Origin: an uncultured Gammaproteobacteria bacterium
GTDB lineage: Bacteria > Pseudomonadota > Gammaproteobacteria > CAWCPV01
Direction of reading: 5' to 3'
Assembly: GCA_963797555.1 (NCBI GenBank)
Contig: CAWCPV010000018.1
Coordinates: forward strand, 10,509 to 74,508
Length of the DNA: 64,000 bases
The notes beneath the pieces were generated by a model that saw nothing but the letters and a program-made list of their open reading frames with translations, was not told the DNA's origin and ran no database searches. Both the position numbers and the translations under genes were made by a program. Positions 24,101 through 34,824 of the stretch are shown piece by piece; position 1 is the first letter of the stretch; each line of letters starts with the position of its first letter.

Positions 24101-26958
24101 AAAAACCGGCAAGACCGGTGTGCGCTTTGCGCTCGGAGTCGCTCGATGTCGTCCATTCCAGCAAGCGCCGGTGCGTGACCAGCAGGCGTATGCCGGTACG
24201 CACGATGGCGTCCAGGCTGAAGAAGGCGTCGTACGGCAGGACCGCGAGCGTGAACCCTGCCTGCGCGGAGTGCCGACCCATGGAACGCAGTAGGGTGCGC
24301 AGGTGCATCTCGAGCGGCAGGTCCGTCGGCTTTTGGAATAGCTCTACCGCGGATGCCAGCAGCGGGGGGGCCAGGATGATGCCGACCACCACCAGGGTCC
24401 AGAACCAGCTGCGGCCAGAGCACCGTCCACGCTAGCACGAGCAGCAGCGTGAGAGCGAAGGGCACCAGGCTGCGGCGCAGGTTATCGAGAACCTTCCAGC
24501 GCGAGAGTCCCGAGAGCGGATTTTTCACACGCCGCGCATCCGCACCCGGGACGCGCGGCAGCAGCCACCACGCGATCTGCCAATCGCCGCGGATCCAGCG
24601 ATGCCGCCGGCTCACGTCCGCGTTGTAGCCTGGCGGATAGCCCTCATACAACTGGACATCGCTGACCAGCGCCGAGCGCGCATAGCCGCCCTCCAGCAGG
24701 TCGTGGCTCAGGATCAGGTTTTCCGGGAAACGCCCCTCCAGCGCTCTCTGGAACGCATCGACATCGTAGATCCCCTTGCCGATGAACGACCCTTCATGGA
24801 ACAGGTCCTGATACACGTCCGAGACCACGCGCGTGTAGGGGTCGATGCCCGGCTCCCCGCCGAAGAGCTGCATGAACCACGAGCGGACCGTGCCTGGCAG
24901 ACTCACCGCCACGCGCGGCTGGAGGATGCTGTAACCCTCGCAGACACGCTGCTTGGCTGCATCGTAGCGCGGGCGATTGAGCGGGTGCGCCATCGTGCCC
25001 ACGAGCTGCCGCGCCGCGTCACGCGGCAACAGCGTATCCGTATCCAGCGTGATCACGTACTTCACGCCCGTCAGGACCGATGTCTCCCCCACGATCAGCG
25101 TGAAGCGATCCCCGGCTCCGCCCCGCAACAAGGCGTTCAGCTCCGCAAGCTTCCCGCGTTTGCGCTCGTAGCCCATCCAGACCCCTTCCTGCGGATTCCA
25201 GCGGCGCGGGCGATGGAACAGGAAGAAGGCGTCGGGTCTCTCGGCCTGGTACTTTTCGTTGAGCGCCTCGATGCCTTCCCGTAACAGTTGCAGCAACGGC
25301 TCGTCCTCCGACATCGCCTGCTGCGACGCATCGAACGGGTCGGTCAGCAGGCCGAAGTGCAGATGGCGGTCGCGGTTTGCCAGGTAGCGGACTTCCAGCC
25401 CTTCCAGCAGCTCATTGATGCCCCTGGGGCTGGTAAGCAGCGTCGGGACCACCACCAGCGTGCGCGACTGGGGCGGGATTCCACTGGAAAAGTCCATGCG
25501 CGGCAAGGCGTGCGGCTTCACCAGTAGCATCGCCAGCCAGTTCACCAGGGCGACCGCAAGATGACCAGCACACAGCAACAACAGGACGGCGAGCAACGCC
25601 ACAGCCCATACGCTAGCCCCGTCGGCGTGCGCCCGCGCGAGCAAGACCGTGGTGAGGAGTGCCGTTACCAAAGTGATCATGCCGAGATAGAAAAACAGCG
25701 GGAAGCGGTGTCCGAGCTTGTTAAGGACCTGACCAAGAGATCGGCGCATCTGCGCCGCCCGCTCGAGCTGCGGCAAGCCTTTATCGATGAGGTAATAGCC
25801 GACGTGCGCCGTCCGGTCCTCTGCGCCCGCCCCCGCCACACCCGTGCGTGCCAGGTCTATCGCCGCGCGCGCCACTTCACCCTCGGTCAATGGGCTGCGC
25901 TTTGCGATGCGCTCGATCTCGTGGCGGTAACGGTCCCGCGTGGCGAAATCCATATCGCCGTAGACATCCGCCGGGTCGTCGTGCAGCGCGTGGTCGACCA
26001 CACTCATGGTCTCGACGAATTCGCGCCAGTCCATGGACTCCAGGAACCGGAGACTGCCGATGCTATTGCTGATCGAGACCTGTTCGGCCGCCTGACGCTG
26101 GCCCTCCAACCGAACCATTTGTGCGATGGTGAGGCTCTGCTCCGACAGGCGCTGCTCGATCCAGGTGAGCGGCAGGGCGAGTGCGGGATTCTGGCCCTGC
26201 AACCGGCGCGCAAGCTCCGCCACGAACGCGCTCGACAGCGACGGGTTGGAGCGCGCCATATCCGCCACTTCCAGGATCAGGCCCTGGGGGTCTTTCTCCG
26301 TGACCTCCGTCATCCGGTCCGTCCAGTAGTGGGCGCTGTCATGGTCTATCCTGCGGGCCGCGACGGGTGCCGCCACGCGCCGCAGGTTCTCGATGAGCGC
26401 GAGGCGCAGCATGATCGGGATCGCCCATAGCTCGCCCAGCTTGAGCGGGGTATGCGTCTGGTAAGCGGCTATGAAGCTGCTGAGGTTCTCCGCATCCACC
26501 CTGCCATCGGCGTGTGCGATCAGCTCCAGGGCGATATCGTAGACACGCGGGTATCGCATCGACGCGCCGTTGCGCAGGCGCGGCAGCTCCCGGCTGTATC
26601 CTTTGGGCAGGTGACGGCGCGCCAGTCGGATCTGCTCTTCGATCAGGTAGAAGTTGTCGAGCAGCCATTCGGCCGCGGGCGTGATCCGGCGATTCGCCTC
26701 GACCGCCGCCGACACCAACTCGTGGGCGTGCAGAAGAACGCCTTCATTCTCAGCCAGCCGCGGCAGCAGCCGGTCCGGGCCGCGCCTCGGATCGATCTCG
26801 TGCCGCGCCGCCAGTGCCTTCGCATGCTGGTGGAATTGATCGACGCTGAACAGCTCCGCCCGCAACGCGTGCTCATCACTGTACTCTCGCGCCACGCTGT
26901 TTCTGTCGATGCGCGTCCTCAAGCGGTTAAGGCCATTGCGAATCGCCTGACTAGTCAT
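18126..26958 (-). pseudogene. ndvB: Cyclic beta-1,2-glucan synthase (NdvB/ChvB/Cgs), split by at least 4 frameshifts
   Basis: Consecutive ORFs: EWLLDNFY, GYERKRGKL, ITLDTDT, SHDLLEG, RHRWIRGDWQ; TSPTNIG, SWSGSMFEYLMP, WGISES; GH94 domain GFRDQLQD, GDWNDG, RENGGQYTH, WYTGSAGW. Confidence 0.92.
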
Positions 26959-27203
26959 CCATATCCACCATCCGTTCTGGAGCTGCCATTGTAAACGTGC
27001 GGTGAGGGGACGCGCAGCCGAGGCTGTCTCTCACACATAGCGCGAAATGGCGAGGGCGCACGGTCCGAAGCGCTGCTGCGGGTTTTCGATGCGCGCATTG
27101 AGGCGTTGAGCAGGGTACAGACCGCCGAGGAAGCTCGCCGGCTCGGACTGAACGCCTGTGACGTGCATTGGATTGCAGGTGGCCGCCTCCGGCCCAGGTT
27201 GCC

Positions 27204-27836
27204 TCAGACTTCAGTCTGCTCAGCCATCTCCAGAGCGTCGTCGACTTCGATGCCGAGGTGGCGAACGGTGCTCTCCAGCTTGGTGTGACCGAGGAGCAAC
27301 TGGACCGCCCGCAGGTTCTTGGTCCGCCGATAAATCAGCATTGCCTTCGTGCGGCGCAGCGAGTGGGTGCCAAAGTCCTTGGGGTTGAGGCCGATCAGGG
27401 TCGCCCAAGCTTTGACGACCCTCGAATACTGCCGGGTGGACAAGTGGGGCGACTTGCAGTGGCGGCTAGGAAACAGGAACTGGTCGGACCTCGAGCCGAC
27501 TGCCGCAATCCAGGCCCCGACCGCGTCTCGGGTCTGCTCCGTCAGCTCGAACCGGACTGGCTGACCGGTCTTGCGCTGAACGACGCTCGCTCGGGCGAGG
27601 ACGCGACCACCGTGGGCCACATCCCCGACCTGGAGGTGCACGAGATCACAACCGCGCAGCTTGCTATCGATGGCGAGGTTGAACAGGGCGAGATCCCGAA
27701 TCCGCTTGGCGATCTGCAGCCGGATGCGGATGGTCCAGATCTCCTTGAGCTTGAAGGGAGGTTTCGGTCCGACCAGCCTGCCCTTGTGCCAGGGCCGCGG
27801 GCGGCCCGTCGCTTGGCGCGGGTGCTCAGCGCACAT
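27204..27836 (-). CDS. Small single-domain tyrosine recombinase; catalytic Tyr appears replaced by His
   Basis: DSKLRGCDLV, GTHSLRRTK, LLGHTKLESTVRHLG (family consensus TVRYLG). Confidence 0.85.
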   Translation of the reverse strand: MCAEHPRQATGRPRPWHKGRLVGPKPPFKLKEIWTIRIRLQIAKRIRDLALFNLAIDSKLRGCDLVHLQVGDVAHGGRVLARASVVQRKTGQPVRFELTEQTRDAVGAWIAAVGSRSDQFLFPSRHCKSPHLSTRQYSRVVKAWATLIGLNPKDFGTHSLRRTKAMLIYRRTKNLRAVQLLLGHTKLESTVRHLGIEVDDALEMAEQTEV

Positions 27837-27964
27837 GGTAGGGTCCCCCAGGGTGGTCGAGGAACCATCAGTCTGCGCGACCACCCCAACGGTCGTTTAA
27901 ACGACCCTGAACGGCCATTCGGATCGCGCATTTTGCGGCGGCCACTGACACCGGATACATCGGC

Positions 27965-28075
27965 GAGATGTTCGCTGTGCGGCCCCGATGCGGATCATCG
28001 CCTTCGGCACCGGTACGGCCTCGGTCACCCGCATGCTTCAGCCCCTCGGGGAACCAACTCGGCCGCCCACGCGCC
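27965..28075 (+). mobile_element. ISCR-type transposase C-terminal remnant
   Basis: CSLCG-MRIIAF.T...V.RML..LGEPT.PP. Confidence 0.5.
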
Positions 28076-28249
28076 TACTGGTGGATTCTACCTCCGGCCG
28101 CCTGCTCGATGCGCTCGTTAGGCGCCGAAAGGCGGGCCAATGCGGCCTAGCCCCATTCTCTGGATTAGCTTTGGGCTGTGGACTTGTTCACGGCCACGGC
28201 GGCCCGATGAGAGCCTTCAGAGCCTCCTCGTCCAGCCGTTGACCCATCC

Positions 28250-29301
28250 TGCTCCCCATCCCGTCAGGTCACCGCCCAGGCGGTGCTCGAGCCCCATTAC
28301 GCCTGCACCGAGCAGCGTATGCGCGAACACTCGGTGGTGCTGTGCATCCAAGACACCACGGAAGGGGACTATAGCGGCAAGAACGACATCGTCGGGCTGG
28401 ACCCGCTCAACTACGAGACCCGCCGTGGATTGTACCTGCACCCCACCCTCGCCGTGACCCCCGAGCGGGTGCCCTTGGGGGCCCGCCGGCCCATCGAGGA
28501 AAAAGAGAGCCTGCGTTGGCTGGAGGGTTATCGACGCGTCTCGGAGCTCATCGAGTCCCTGCCCGAGACCCGGTTGGTCTATGTCGCCGACCGCGAGGCC
28601 GACCTCTACGCCGGTGCTGGCCGAGGCCGAATTCGACCTGCCCGCCACCGCTAGGCGTCCGGCGCGGCGCATCCACCAGCAACTGCGCGTCGCACGCCTC
28701 ACTTTCAAGGCCCCGCATCGCTCGGACCGCACCCTGGCGGACATCGAGGTGAGCGCCGTGCTGGCCCGCGAGGTGGACCCGCCCCAGGGCGAGGAGCCCA
28801 TCGAGTGGCTGCTCCTCACCAGCCTCCCCGTCGAGACCGCCGAGCAGGCCCTGGAGAAGCTCCAATGGTACCTCTGCCGGTGGCAAATCGAGGTGTTCTT
28901 CAAGATCCTCAAAAGCGGCTGCCGCATCGAGAAGCTGCAGCTCGAGACCTTCGAACGCCTGGAGCCCGCGCTCGCCTTCTACCTCATCATCGCCTGGCGG
29001 GTGCTCTACCTCACCCTGCTCGGGCGCGACTGCCCGCAGATGCCCTGCAACGTGGTGTTCGCCGAGGAGGAATGGCGCGCGGTGTATATCGTCACCAAGC
29101 GCCAGCCCCCGCCTGAGACACCCCCCCCGCTCGATGCGATGGTGCGTATGGTGGCGAGCTTCGGCGGCCTCCTCAATCGCAAGGGCGACGGCTTCCCGGG
29201 TCCGCAAAGCCTGTGGATCGGGCTGCAGCGAACCCGCGACTTCGTGCTCGCCATGGACGCACAACGGGCCTCACAGAGCCCGAGATGTGTATAAGGACAT
29301 G
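28250..29301 (+). mobile_element. IS4-family (IS50/Tn5-like) transposase remnant with right end
   Basis: LCIQDTTE, YVADREAD, WLLLTSLP, Y..RWQIE.FFKILKSGC.IE, GGLLNRKGDG.PG...LW.G; end AGATGTGTATAAGGACA. Confidence 0.85.
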
Positions 29302-29417
29302 AGCTGTACCGCGTCGAGAAGGAAGCCAGGAATGCCAGGCAGGGGCTGTGGGGGCTGCCGGAGGCTCAGAGGGTGGCGCCCTGGGAGTGGAGGCATCATG
29401 CGCGTTCGGTGCAATGA
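29302..29417 (+). pseudogene. Thermonuclease (SNase)-family C-terminal fragment
   Basis: LYRVEKEARNARQGLWGLPEAQRVAPWEWRHH. Confidence 0.6.
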
Positions 29418-29435
29418 AAAGCCGCCTCCTTTCAA

Positions 29436-29505
29436 CGCTGCCAGGTGCGGACCCGCATGCAGGGTCGTGTGGGGGCTGGAGGTTAAACACCCCCGGCTAC
29501 CCGAT
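29436..29505 (+). mobile_element. Group IIC(-attC) intron 3' remnant (domains V-VI)
   Basis: GTGCGGACCCGCATGCAGGGTCGTGTGGGGGCTGGAGGTTAAACACCCCCGGCTACCCGAT, then 3' exon TAGGC, which is the complement of the inverse core GCCTAA at the DHFR-like stop. Confidence 0.75.
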
Positions 29506-31452
29506 TAGGCACCCCTATCGTTCACCGGCTTGTAGGTCAGAATAGCCACCCCGTTGCCGCTTGTCTTCGAGTGAGCAAGCTGCAAGTGCTTGATTGCCTT
29601 CCCGTCATGGAATAAACGTGCGCCGCGACCAGCGACCACAGGGTATATTTCAAGCCGCAACTCATCGAGCAGCTTTGATGCAGCAGACCTGATTCCGTGA
29701 CTTCGCGTCTCAGCGGATGGCCGCAACCTGCTGATTTATCATTGCAGTTCAGCTAAAATCGGGCCGCACTCCAGCTCACCCGGCAGGTGAACGATGAAGC
29801 GGTTCATCTTGGAGCAGTCCGATGAGGAATTTTACACCTCCCATTCTGGTCTGGCCTTGGTCGGTCTTTGCGTCAACCGCTTTAGCGGGTTGGGCAAGGC
29901 GCTGAAGCAGGCGATCCCGCTACGCCACGGCATCTCCCATGAAGACGTAGCCAAGAGCTATCTGGGGTTGATGTGTTTGGGCAAGAGCGACTTCGAAGCG
30001 GTCTCCAACGTCCGAGAGGACGATTTCTTCCGCCAGGCGTTGGGGCTGGAGCGGGTACCCTCGCCAGAAACGCTGAGGCAGCGTCTCGACGAGCACGCAG
30101 CGGTCCTGCGGGTAAGGTCATTGACGAGGCCGATATCGAGTTCATGGTCAACGCCAAGGCACCGGTCAGTGCGCTCAAGACCGGTCATGTGCCGGTGGAC
30201 ATCGATGTCTTTCCCATGGACAACTCCGGGACCAAGCAAGAAGGAGTCTCGCGCACCTACCACGGCTATGACGGTTATGCGCCGATCGCGACCTACGTGG
30301 GAACCGAAGGGTGGTGCGTCGGCTGTGAGCTGCGAGAAGGCAAGCAGCACAGTCAGAAGGAATTCGGCTAGGTCTGGGAGCGCATCCTGCCGCGGGCCAG
30401 GCGCCTGACCAAACTGCCGCTGCTGGTGCGCCAGGACAGCGCCCACGACGCCTTGGAGAACCGGCTGCGCTACCTCGAAGAGGAGGTGGACTTCATTATC
30501 CAGTGGAACCCTCGGGGCGAGGACCCTGCCCATTGGCTGGAGCGCGCCGAGCGCCAAGGGGCATGGGAGACACCCCGACCCGGCAAGCGCGTGGCGCTGT
30601 TCAGCGTCGTCGAGGAGCACCCCCATCGGGAGCACACCTACCACGTTCGCCGGGTGATGCGGGTGACCGAGCGCACCATCGACAAGAAGGGCCAGGCGCT
30701 GTTGGTACCGGAGCTGGAGCTCGATGGCTGGTGGACCTCGCTCGCCTATCCGGACGCGGAGATCGTCGCCCTGTACCGGGACCTCCGAGCAGTTCCACAG
30801 CGAGTTCAAGACCGACCTCGATATCGAACGGCTGCCCTCCGGGAAATTCGACACCAATGACCTGGTGCTCGCCTTTGCCGTGTTCGCCTACAACATCCTG
30901 CGCTTCATCGGGCTCATCGGGCTGACCGGCGAGTCGGCTCCCCTGCGCCATCCGGCCAAGCGCCGGCGGATCAAGACCGTCCTCCAGGAACTGATGTACC
31001 TCGCCGCCCGGTTGGTCGCCACCGCCCGCAGACTGAAGCTGCGCTTCAGCCGGCTCTGTCCCGGCTTCCGCGCCTTCGAGCAGCTGTATTACCAACTCGC
31101 CTTCGGGTAGCTAGGACGACCTCCATAGAAACTCGACCCGGGCCTCACCAGACCCCGGTGTAAACCTACGCCCGAAATTCAGCGTCCAAGCCTCAAAGCC
31201 CCGCCGTCACTCCTGCGCCGACGAGGGTCTACGCCCGCTGTACATAGCCGGCGTCACCGGTTGGCTAAAAACTAACCAACTCAACTGAGAATAGCTCCCA
31301 TTCTCTCGCGCCCCGGGCGCTCGGAGATTCAAGTCACGGATCCAGGGCAGAGATTCAACCAATGTACCGCTGCCATGCACGCCGATGTTCTTCCCAGGGC
31401 GCTGCTTCAAGGTCGTGATCGAATCGGCGAGGTTGCCTTTGAGGAGCGTCAC
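29505..31452 (-). pseudogene. DHFR/RibD C-terminal-family cassette gene, 5'-deleted and IS1380-interrupted
   Basis: ...LKQRPGKNIGVHGSGTLVESL|IS|LLDELRLEIYPVVAGRGARLF...GVAILTY; stop lies inside GCCTAA. Confidence 0.8.
29688..31346 (+). mobile_element. IS1380-family IS copy 2
   Basis: Near-identical inverted copy of 8754..10412 with its own 5-bp DR GCAGA. Confidence 0.92.
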
Positions 31453-31479
31453 ATTCCCGCTCGCTCCACGGAGCGAGTT

Positions 31480-31514
31480 TCGAGGCCGCGGTCTGCTGTA
31501 GCGCCGGGTTAGGT
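31480..31514 (-). other. Truncated attC (R''/L'' half)
   Basis: ACCTAAC CCGGC GCTACAGCAGAC overlapping the hydrolase TAA stop. Confidence 0.6.
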
Positions 31515-32411
31515 GGTCGATTGGGTTCCAAGCATCAGGTCCTGCTGGCTCCCTGCACCTGGCATTGACAGAATTAACCGCCCCACCTGTTCAGGCTCAT
31601 CCAATTGGACGAAGTGTCGAGCGCCCGGGATAAGGAATAGTTCAGACTGTGGAAGAAACTCATGGAACGTCCGGGCGACACCGCTATTCAGGGTATAATC
31701 GGCGTCGCCGAAGATGATCCGGACCGGGCGCCTGAACTCCCGCAGCCTGGGGATCTTTTCTGTGTGCGCCCTGACCATGGGCAATAGATCTTCGTTCAGG
31801 CGAAAGAAGGCAGGACGGGCACTCGGCGTGGCGTCGAACTGTTGATACAGCAGCGGCACGAATTCACGTCTGACATCCGCGTCTCGGATAAACCTCCCGA
31901 CCTGCCACCAGTACATCCGGCGGAAGATCCAATTCCCGAACATCTGCGACACATGCCTCGCGATGCTTCTGATCACCGGCGTGGAGAAGAGCCAGATCGC
32001 CTCCGGCCGCCGGAGCGTCGGCATTTCGCAGTAGTACGTGTTCAACAGCACCAACCGGGCCACCCGCTCGGGGTGGTCGAGCGCCCAGTCAATGGCCGGC
32101 GGGCCCGAGGCGTCGTGCGCGACGAGGGTGACTTGCTCAAGCCCCAGTTGGGTGATGACCGCATCCAGGTCACCGACTTGATTGGCGGTGGTATAAGGGT
32201 AGCCGGACGGCTTATCCGAACTGCCCCACCCGAGAAAATCAAATGTGACGACTCGGCGCGGCGGCGAAAGGTGAGGGAGCAGACGGTCGTAGAGGTGCAT
32301 ATTGTCCGGGAACCCGTGCATCAGAATGATCGGCGGTTCCGCCCCCGGATGGTCGCGGACGTAGATCCGGTGTCCGTTCCGCTGCACAAGAGTCTCTTGG
32401 TAGACCATCAT
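31509..32411 (-). CDS. Alpha/beta hydrolase (haloalkane dehalogenase/epoxide hydrolase-like), cassette gene
   Basis: HGFPD, DFLGWGSSDKP, AHDASG nucleophile elbow, GARHFVQLDEP; starts 20 bp after the core-like GGTAGGC. Confidence 0.88.
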   Translation of the reverse strand: MMVYQETLVQRNGHRIYVRDHPGAEPPIILMHGFPDNMHLYDRLLPHLSPPRRVVTFDFLGWGSSDKPSGYPYTTANQVGDLDAVITQLGLEQVTLVAHDASGPPAIDWALDHPERVARLVLLNTYYCEMPTLRRPEAIWLFSTPVIRSIARHVSQMFGNWIFRRMYWWQVGRFIRDADVRREFVPLLYQQFDATPSARPAFFRLNEDLLPMVRAHTEKIPRLREFRRPVRIIFGDADYTLNSGVARTFHEFLPQSELFLIPGARHFVQLDEPEQVGRLILSMPGAGSQQDLMLGTQSTT

Positions 32412-32440
32412 TCCCTCTGGAAGCAATGTCGCCTACCGAA

Positions 32441-32497
32441 TAGCATTTTATCCGTCGTGCGGCAGCATGATGGATAAAATGTGTTGAACTGAACCGC
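32441..32497. repeat. Left 57-bp terminal inverted repeat with internal hairpin
   Basis: TAGCATTTTATCCGTCGTGCGGCAGCATGATGGATAAAATGTGTTGAACTGAACCGC. Confidence 0.95.
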
Positions 32498-32744
32498 CGG
32501 ATTCAGGCGGCCGGCCTATGGGGATGGTATGGGGGCAGTCCCGGGTTGGGGCCGCTTGGGGTGTGGCTGGTCGGGTGGTTATGTGGTGCATGGACCGCTC
32601 TCGCGGTCTCGGTCGGGTGTGATGTCCCCCGCCAGGCACTATGGCAAAGGTGCCGTGTACGGGTCAAGGGCTGGGGAAGACCAAAGGGGACTGTGGCCGG
32701 CTTGCAGGGAAGCGGTCGAGGGAGGCTTGGGCGGGTGAGGGTCG

Positions 32745-33962
32745 TCATGAGAGCCGTGGGGGTCCGGTCGCTTTCGGGGTGGGGGGTGTAGCCCTGAGCG
32801 GTGCCCCGAGGACTACCCGCGTGAGCCGCCCTTCTGCGCAGTAGGGGCAGCGCTGGATATCGATGCCGGTGAGGCGCAGCATGGTTTCCTGCGCCGACTC
32901 CGGTTCCCGCGGTTGCGGCGCTGGCTGGCCGAGAGCCGCCCGGCACCCGTCCAGGCGCTCGGCGCGGCATCGGTTCGCCAGCAGTCCGTAATGGCGGATA
33001 CGCATGAAGCCGGGGGGGAGTACGTGGAGCAGGAAGCGGCGGATGAACTCCTCGGCCCCAAGACGCATCACCTTCACCCGATTGCCCCGGGCGTAGTCGC
33101 GGTAGCGGAAACGCACCGTGTCGTCTTCGAGATCGAGGAGCCGCTCGTGGCTGATCGCGATGCGGTGGGTATAGCGCCCGAGGTAGGCCAGCACCTGCTC
33201 GGGACCGGCGAACGGAGGCTTGGAGTAGACCACCCAGTCCTGGGAGCGCAGCTCGGTAAGAAAACGGGCAAAGCCCGGGGGCTCGACGAGCCCCGCCAGC
33301 TCGCCGGTGAAGCGCAGCTCGCCTCGCCCGTGGGCCGCCTGCAACGCTTCCAGGTACTTGCCCCGGAACACCCGGGAGAGCGCCCGGACCGGAAACAGGA
33401 AGCCTCGCTTGGCGGGAATCCAGCGGGCGTCGACGGAGAGCGCCCCGCCGGTCACGACACAATGCACGTGGAGGTGTTGGCCGAGGTTCTGGCCCCAGGT
33501 GTGCAGCACCAGGGTCGCTCCGAGATCCCCGCCGAGCCACCGGGGATTTCTGCCGAAGCTGAGCAGCGTCTCGGAGGCGGCCTGAAACAGCAGCCCGTAA
33601 ACCACCCGTGGGTTGCCCTGTGCCAGCGGGTTGAGGGTATGCGGCAAGGTGAACACCACGTGGAAGTACTCCACCGGCAAGAGTTCCGCACAGCGCGCCT
33701 GCAGCCAGTGCTCCTTGGCCAGCGTCTGGCCCTTGGGGCAGTGGCGGTTACGGCAGGAGTGGTAACGCAGCTCGATGCGCCCGCAGCGGTCGCACTGCAC
33801 CGCTTGAGCGCCCAGGAGCGGCGTGCGGCAGGCCACGATGGCCCGCATCACCCGGTGCTGCTGAGCGCACAGCCGATGGGTCGCCCGGAAGCGCTCCCCG
33901 TGGGCGCGGAAGATATCCGCCACCTCCAGCCGCCGCCCCGCCGGCGCGGGACGGGTGCACAC
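32745..33962 (-). CDS. IS91-family Y2/HUH transposase
   Basis: Zn-binding CRT..LG, CDRCG, SCRNRHCPKG; YFHVVFTLP; HLHVH (HUH); YLGRY (YxxxY); RIRHYGLL. Confidence 0.92.
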   Translation of the reverse strand: MCTRPAPAGRRLEVADIFRAHGERFRATHRLCAQQHRVMRAIVACRTPLLGAQAVQCDRCGRIELRYHSCRNRHCPKGQTLAKEHWLQARCAELLPVEYFHVVFTLPHTLNPLAQGNPRVVYGLLFQAASETLLSFGRNPRWLGGDLGATLVLHTWGQNLGQHLHVHCVVTGGALSVDARWIPAKRGFLFPVRALSRVFRGKYLEALQAAHGRGELRFTGELAGLVEPPGFARFLTELRSQDWVVYSKPPFAGPEQVLAYLGRYTHRIAISHERLLDLEDDTVRFRYRDYARGNRVKVMRLGAEEFIRRFLLHVLPPGFMRIRHYGLLANRCRAERLDGCRAALGQPAPQPREPESAQETMLRLTGIDIQRCPYCAEGRLTRVVLGAPLRATPPTPKATGPPRLS

Positions 33963-33965
33963 TGC

Positions 33966-34634
33966 CTAGAACTGCGTGGGGCTCTCGGGGATCTCCAGCA
34001 GATCGAGCGGCGAGGCGGTGCCGGTGAGATGCGGCCTTGCCAGGTGAAAGTAGCGCAGGGTAGTGCTGAGGTGCCCGTGGCCCAACAGGCGCTGGATAGT
34101 GTGCAGATCCACTCCCGCCTCCAGCAAGTGGGTGGCGAAGGCATGCCTCAGCCCGTGGATGCCGCAGCGCTTGGTGATGCCCGCCTTGCGCTTGGCTGCA
34201 TAGTAAATCTTCTGGGCCGAACGCGGATCGATGGGATGCACCCCATCTCGCAGGGGAAAGAGCCAGTGCTTGGGCCGATAAGCCATCCAGTAGCGGCGAA
34301 CAGCCGCTTGATCTCCTCGCGGCTCAGGATCTCGGGAAGCCTGGAGGGCTGTCGGGGGCTCGGCAGACAGAGGCTCGGCCTCGGAGCGCCCCAGGCTGAC
34401 TCGGTAGAAGAACTTCAGGCCATTGGCGACGATGTTGCAGGTGCTGCTGGAAAGTCCCCGCTCCGGAAGCCCGTGCAGCAGGTAGCTCTGTACCTCGGGC
34501 TCGGAGATCTCATCGGGGCGGCGTCGGTAGAACCTGGCCAGACCCCGGACCGCATTGAGATAAGCCTCGCGGGTGCGCACCGCCATCCCCCGCAGCACCA
34601 CGTCGTTGTCCATCTTCGTGCGTAGCTCGCTCAT
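33966..34634 (-). pseudogene. Tyrosine recombinase with internal deletion
   Basis: SAM-like N-terminus (MSELRTKM...LRG...T.EAY) and C-terminal [24 protein letters not shown] are present; the central GLR.SE box is missing. Confidence 0.85.
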
Positions 34635-34824
34635 GACCGCCTCCTTTCAAGCAGTGAGTGGGAAAGACCCACGCAAAGCTTGGCAGAGCGCTCATGAGAC
34701 CTCGCAAAACGTCAGGCGAAGATGGCGATCCGGCCAATGGCCGGCCGCATTACAGCGCCAAAATAGCGGAGCAGTTCAGCCAGAAACAATGCGAAAACGT
34801 CAGGGAAACGAAACCACCGCGTAA

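Noticed and set aside
29283-29301. AGATGTGTATAAGGACA resembles the Tn5 mosaic end / Nextera adapter
   Set aside because: It is not an exact match and coincides with the stop of an IS50-like transposase, so it is a natural IS end.
8754-31346. Composite transposon formed by the IS1380 pair
   Set aside because: Each copy has its own distinct target duplication, indicating independent insertions.
32913-34625. 570-aa plus-strand ORF and other long antisense ORFs (e.g. 1678..2955, 48563..50167)
   Set aside because: Shadow frames of real high-GC genes on the opposite strand, with no motifs.
33966-34634. Integron integrase intI
   Set aside because: No IntI-specific insertion is visible before the HxxR box, and it is coupled to a Y2 transposase. 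The 27204..27836 recombinase is also not IntI-like.
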